From NCBI RefSeq assembly GCF_006345805.1, contig NC_042998.1, positions 152,954,001 through 153,018,000 of the forward strand: a stretch of 64,000 nt of DNA, given 5' to 3'. The DNA comes from Octopus sinensis (taxonomy: Eukaryota). The notes under the pieces were generated by a model. That model did no database searches. It was not told the DNA's origin and saw only the letters and a list, made by a program, of their open reading frames with translations. The position numbers were made by a program, and so were the translations under genes. Shown here in pieces: positions 63,014 through 64,000 of this stretch (the stretch's first letter is position 1; each line of letters opens with the position of its first letter).

Positions 63014-64000
63014 GTTTTTGTATGTGGCAGATGCTCAAGAGCAATAAACTCTGAAAATCTGCAGAAAACAACCTCCCACACTTTTCAGGGGAAAAAATAG
63101 TTGATAGCTTCCGTTATCTAGGTGACCAAGTCAGTAGTGGGGGTGGGTGCACTGAAAGTGTAACTGCTAGAGTAAGAATAGCCTGGGCAAAGTTCAGGGA
63201 GCTCTTACCCCTGCTGGTGACTAAAAGCCTTTTCGCTCAGAGTAAAAGGCAGACTGTATGATGCATGTGTACGAACAGCCATGCTACATGGCACTGAAAC
63301 ATGGGCCGAGACTGCTGAGGACATGTGTAAGCTCACGAGGAATGAAGCCAGTATGCTCCGATGGATGTGTAATGTCAATGTGCATACTCGACAGAGTGTT
63401 AGTACCTTGAGAGAAATGTTGGACCTAAGAAGCATCAGATGTAGTGTGCAAGAGAGACGATTGCGCTGGTATGGTCATGTGGCGAGAATGGATGAAGATA
63501 GGTGTGTGAAAAAGTGCCAATCCCTAGCAGTTGAGGGAACCCGTGGAAGAGGTAGACCCAGGAAAACCTGGGACGAGGTGGTGAAGCACGACCTTCGAAC
63601 TTTAGGCCTCATCGAGACAATGACCAGCGACCGAGACCTTTGGAAATATGCTGTGCGTGAGAAGATCAGGCAGGACAAGTGAGTCCAGCCCACTTATGTA
63701 TGTCTTTCCTTCCTTGGACACACAAAGACCTATTGAGGCAAGCGAAGTCGAAATCGAACCTCATCCAACGACAGGCACCCATGCCAACCCCCCTTCTCTG
63801 CTTGCGAAGACCTGTTGGGGCAAGTGAACTTGAAATCAGAATCGAAATTGAACCAATCCTATGACTGGCACCCGGCAGTTGCCAGCATCGCCTCGACTGG
63901 CTTCCGTGCCGGTGGCACGTAAAGAACACCATCCGGATCGTGGCCGATGCCAGTGCCGCCTCGACTGGCTTCCGTGCCGGTAGCACGTAAAATGCACCAA
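63012..64000 (+). mobile_element. RTE LINE 3' portion (runs off window)
   Basis: MLHGTETW...RRLRWYGHV...GRGRPRKTWDE followed by the 3' repeat array. Confidence 0.9.

Overview
AT-rich, repeat-dense eukaryotic (animal) genomic DNA. The RTE, SINE and (TA)n landscape looks like a coleoid cephalopod such as Octopus; this is inference, not verified. The only host gene I can support is an ASK1-family MAP3K (MAP3K5/MAP3K15-like) on the minus strand. Nine GT-AG exons, phase-consistent and totalling 900 nt, are spread over 10463-54382 and encode the end of the PH-like domain and most of an intact kinase domain. Everything else is intronic. Positions 242-9652 hold a Ty3/Gypsy LTR element in an LTR-internal-LTR-internal-LTR tandem, with one ACAG target-site duplication, tRNA-Trp primer sites and a chimeric middle LTR. 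The introns also contain many RTE LINE copies, CR1-like LINEs, two Penelope-like remnants that each carry a hammerhead-like motif, a CRE-type LINE remnant, two Tc1, two piggyBac-like and one Merlin-like DNA transposon remnants, tRNA-derived SINEs and three fold-back MITE-like hairpins. A 559-bp unit array at 24.4-26.3 kb is folded into a ~1.4-kb palindrome. The strongest leads are the recombinant tandem LTR element, the palindromic array, the hammerhead candidates and a divergent ASK activation loop. All alignments were done by eye, and the repeat boundaries are approximate unless a TSD or TIR is cited.
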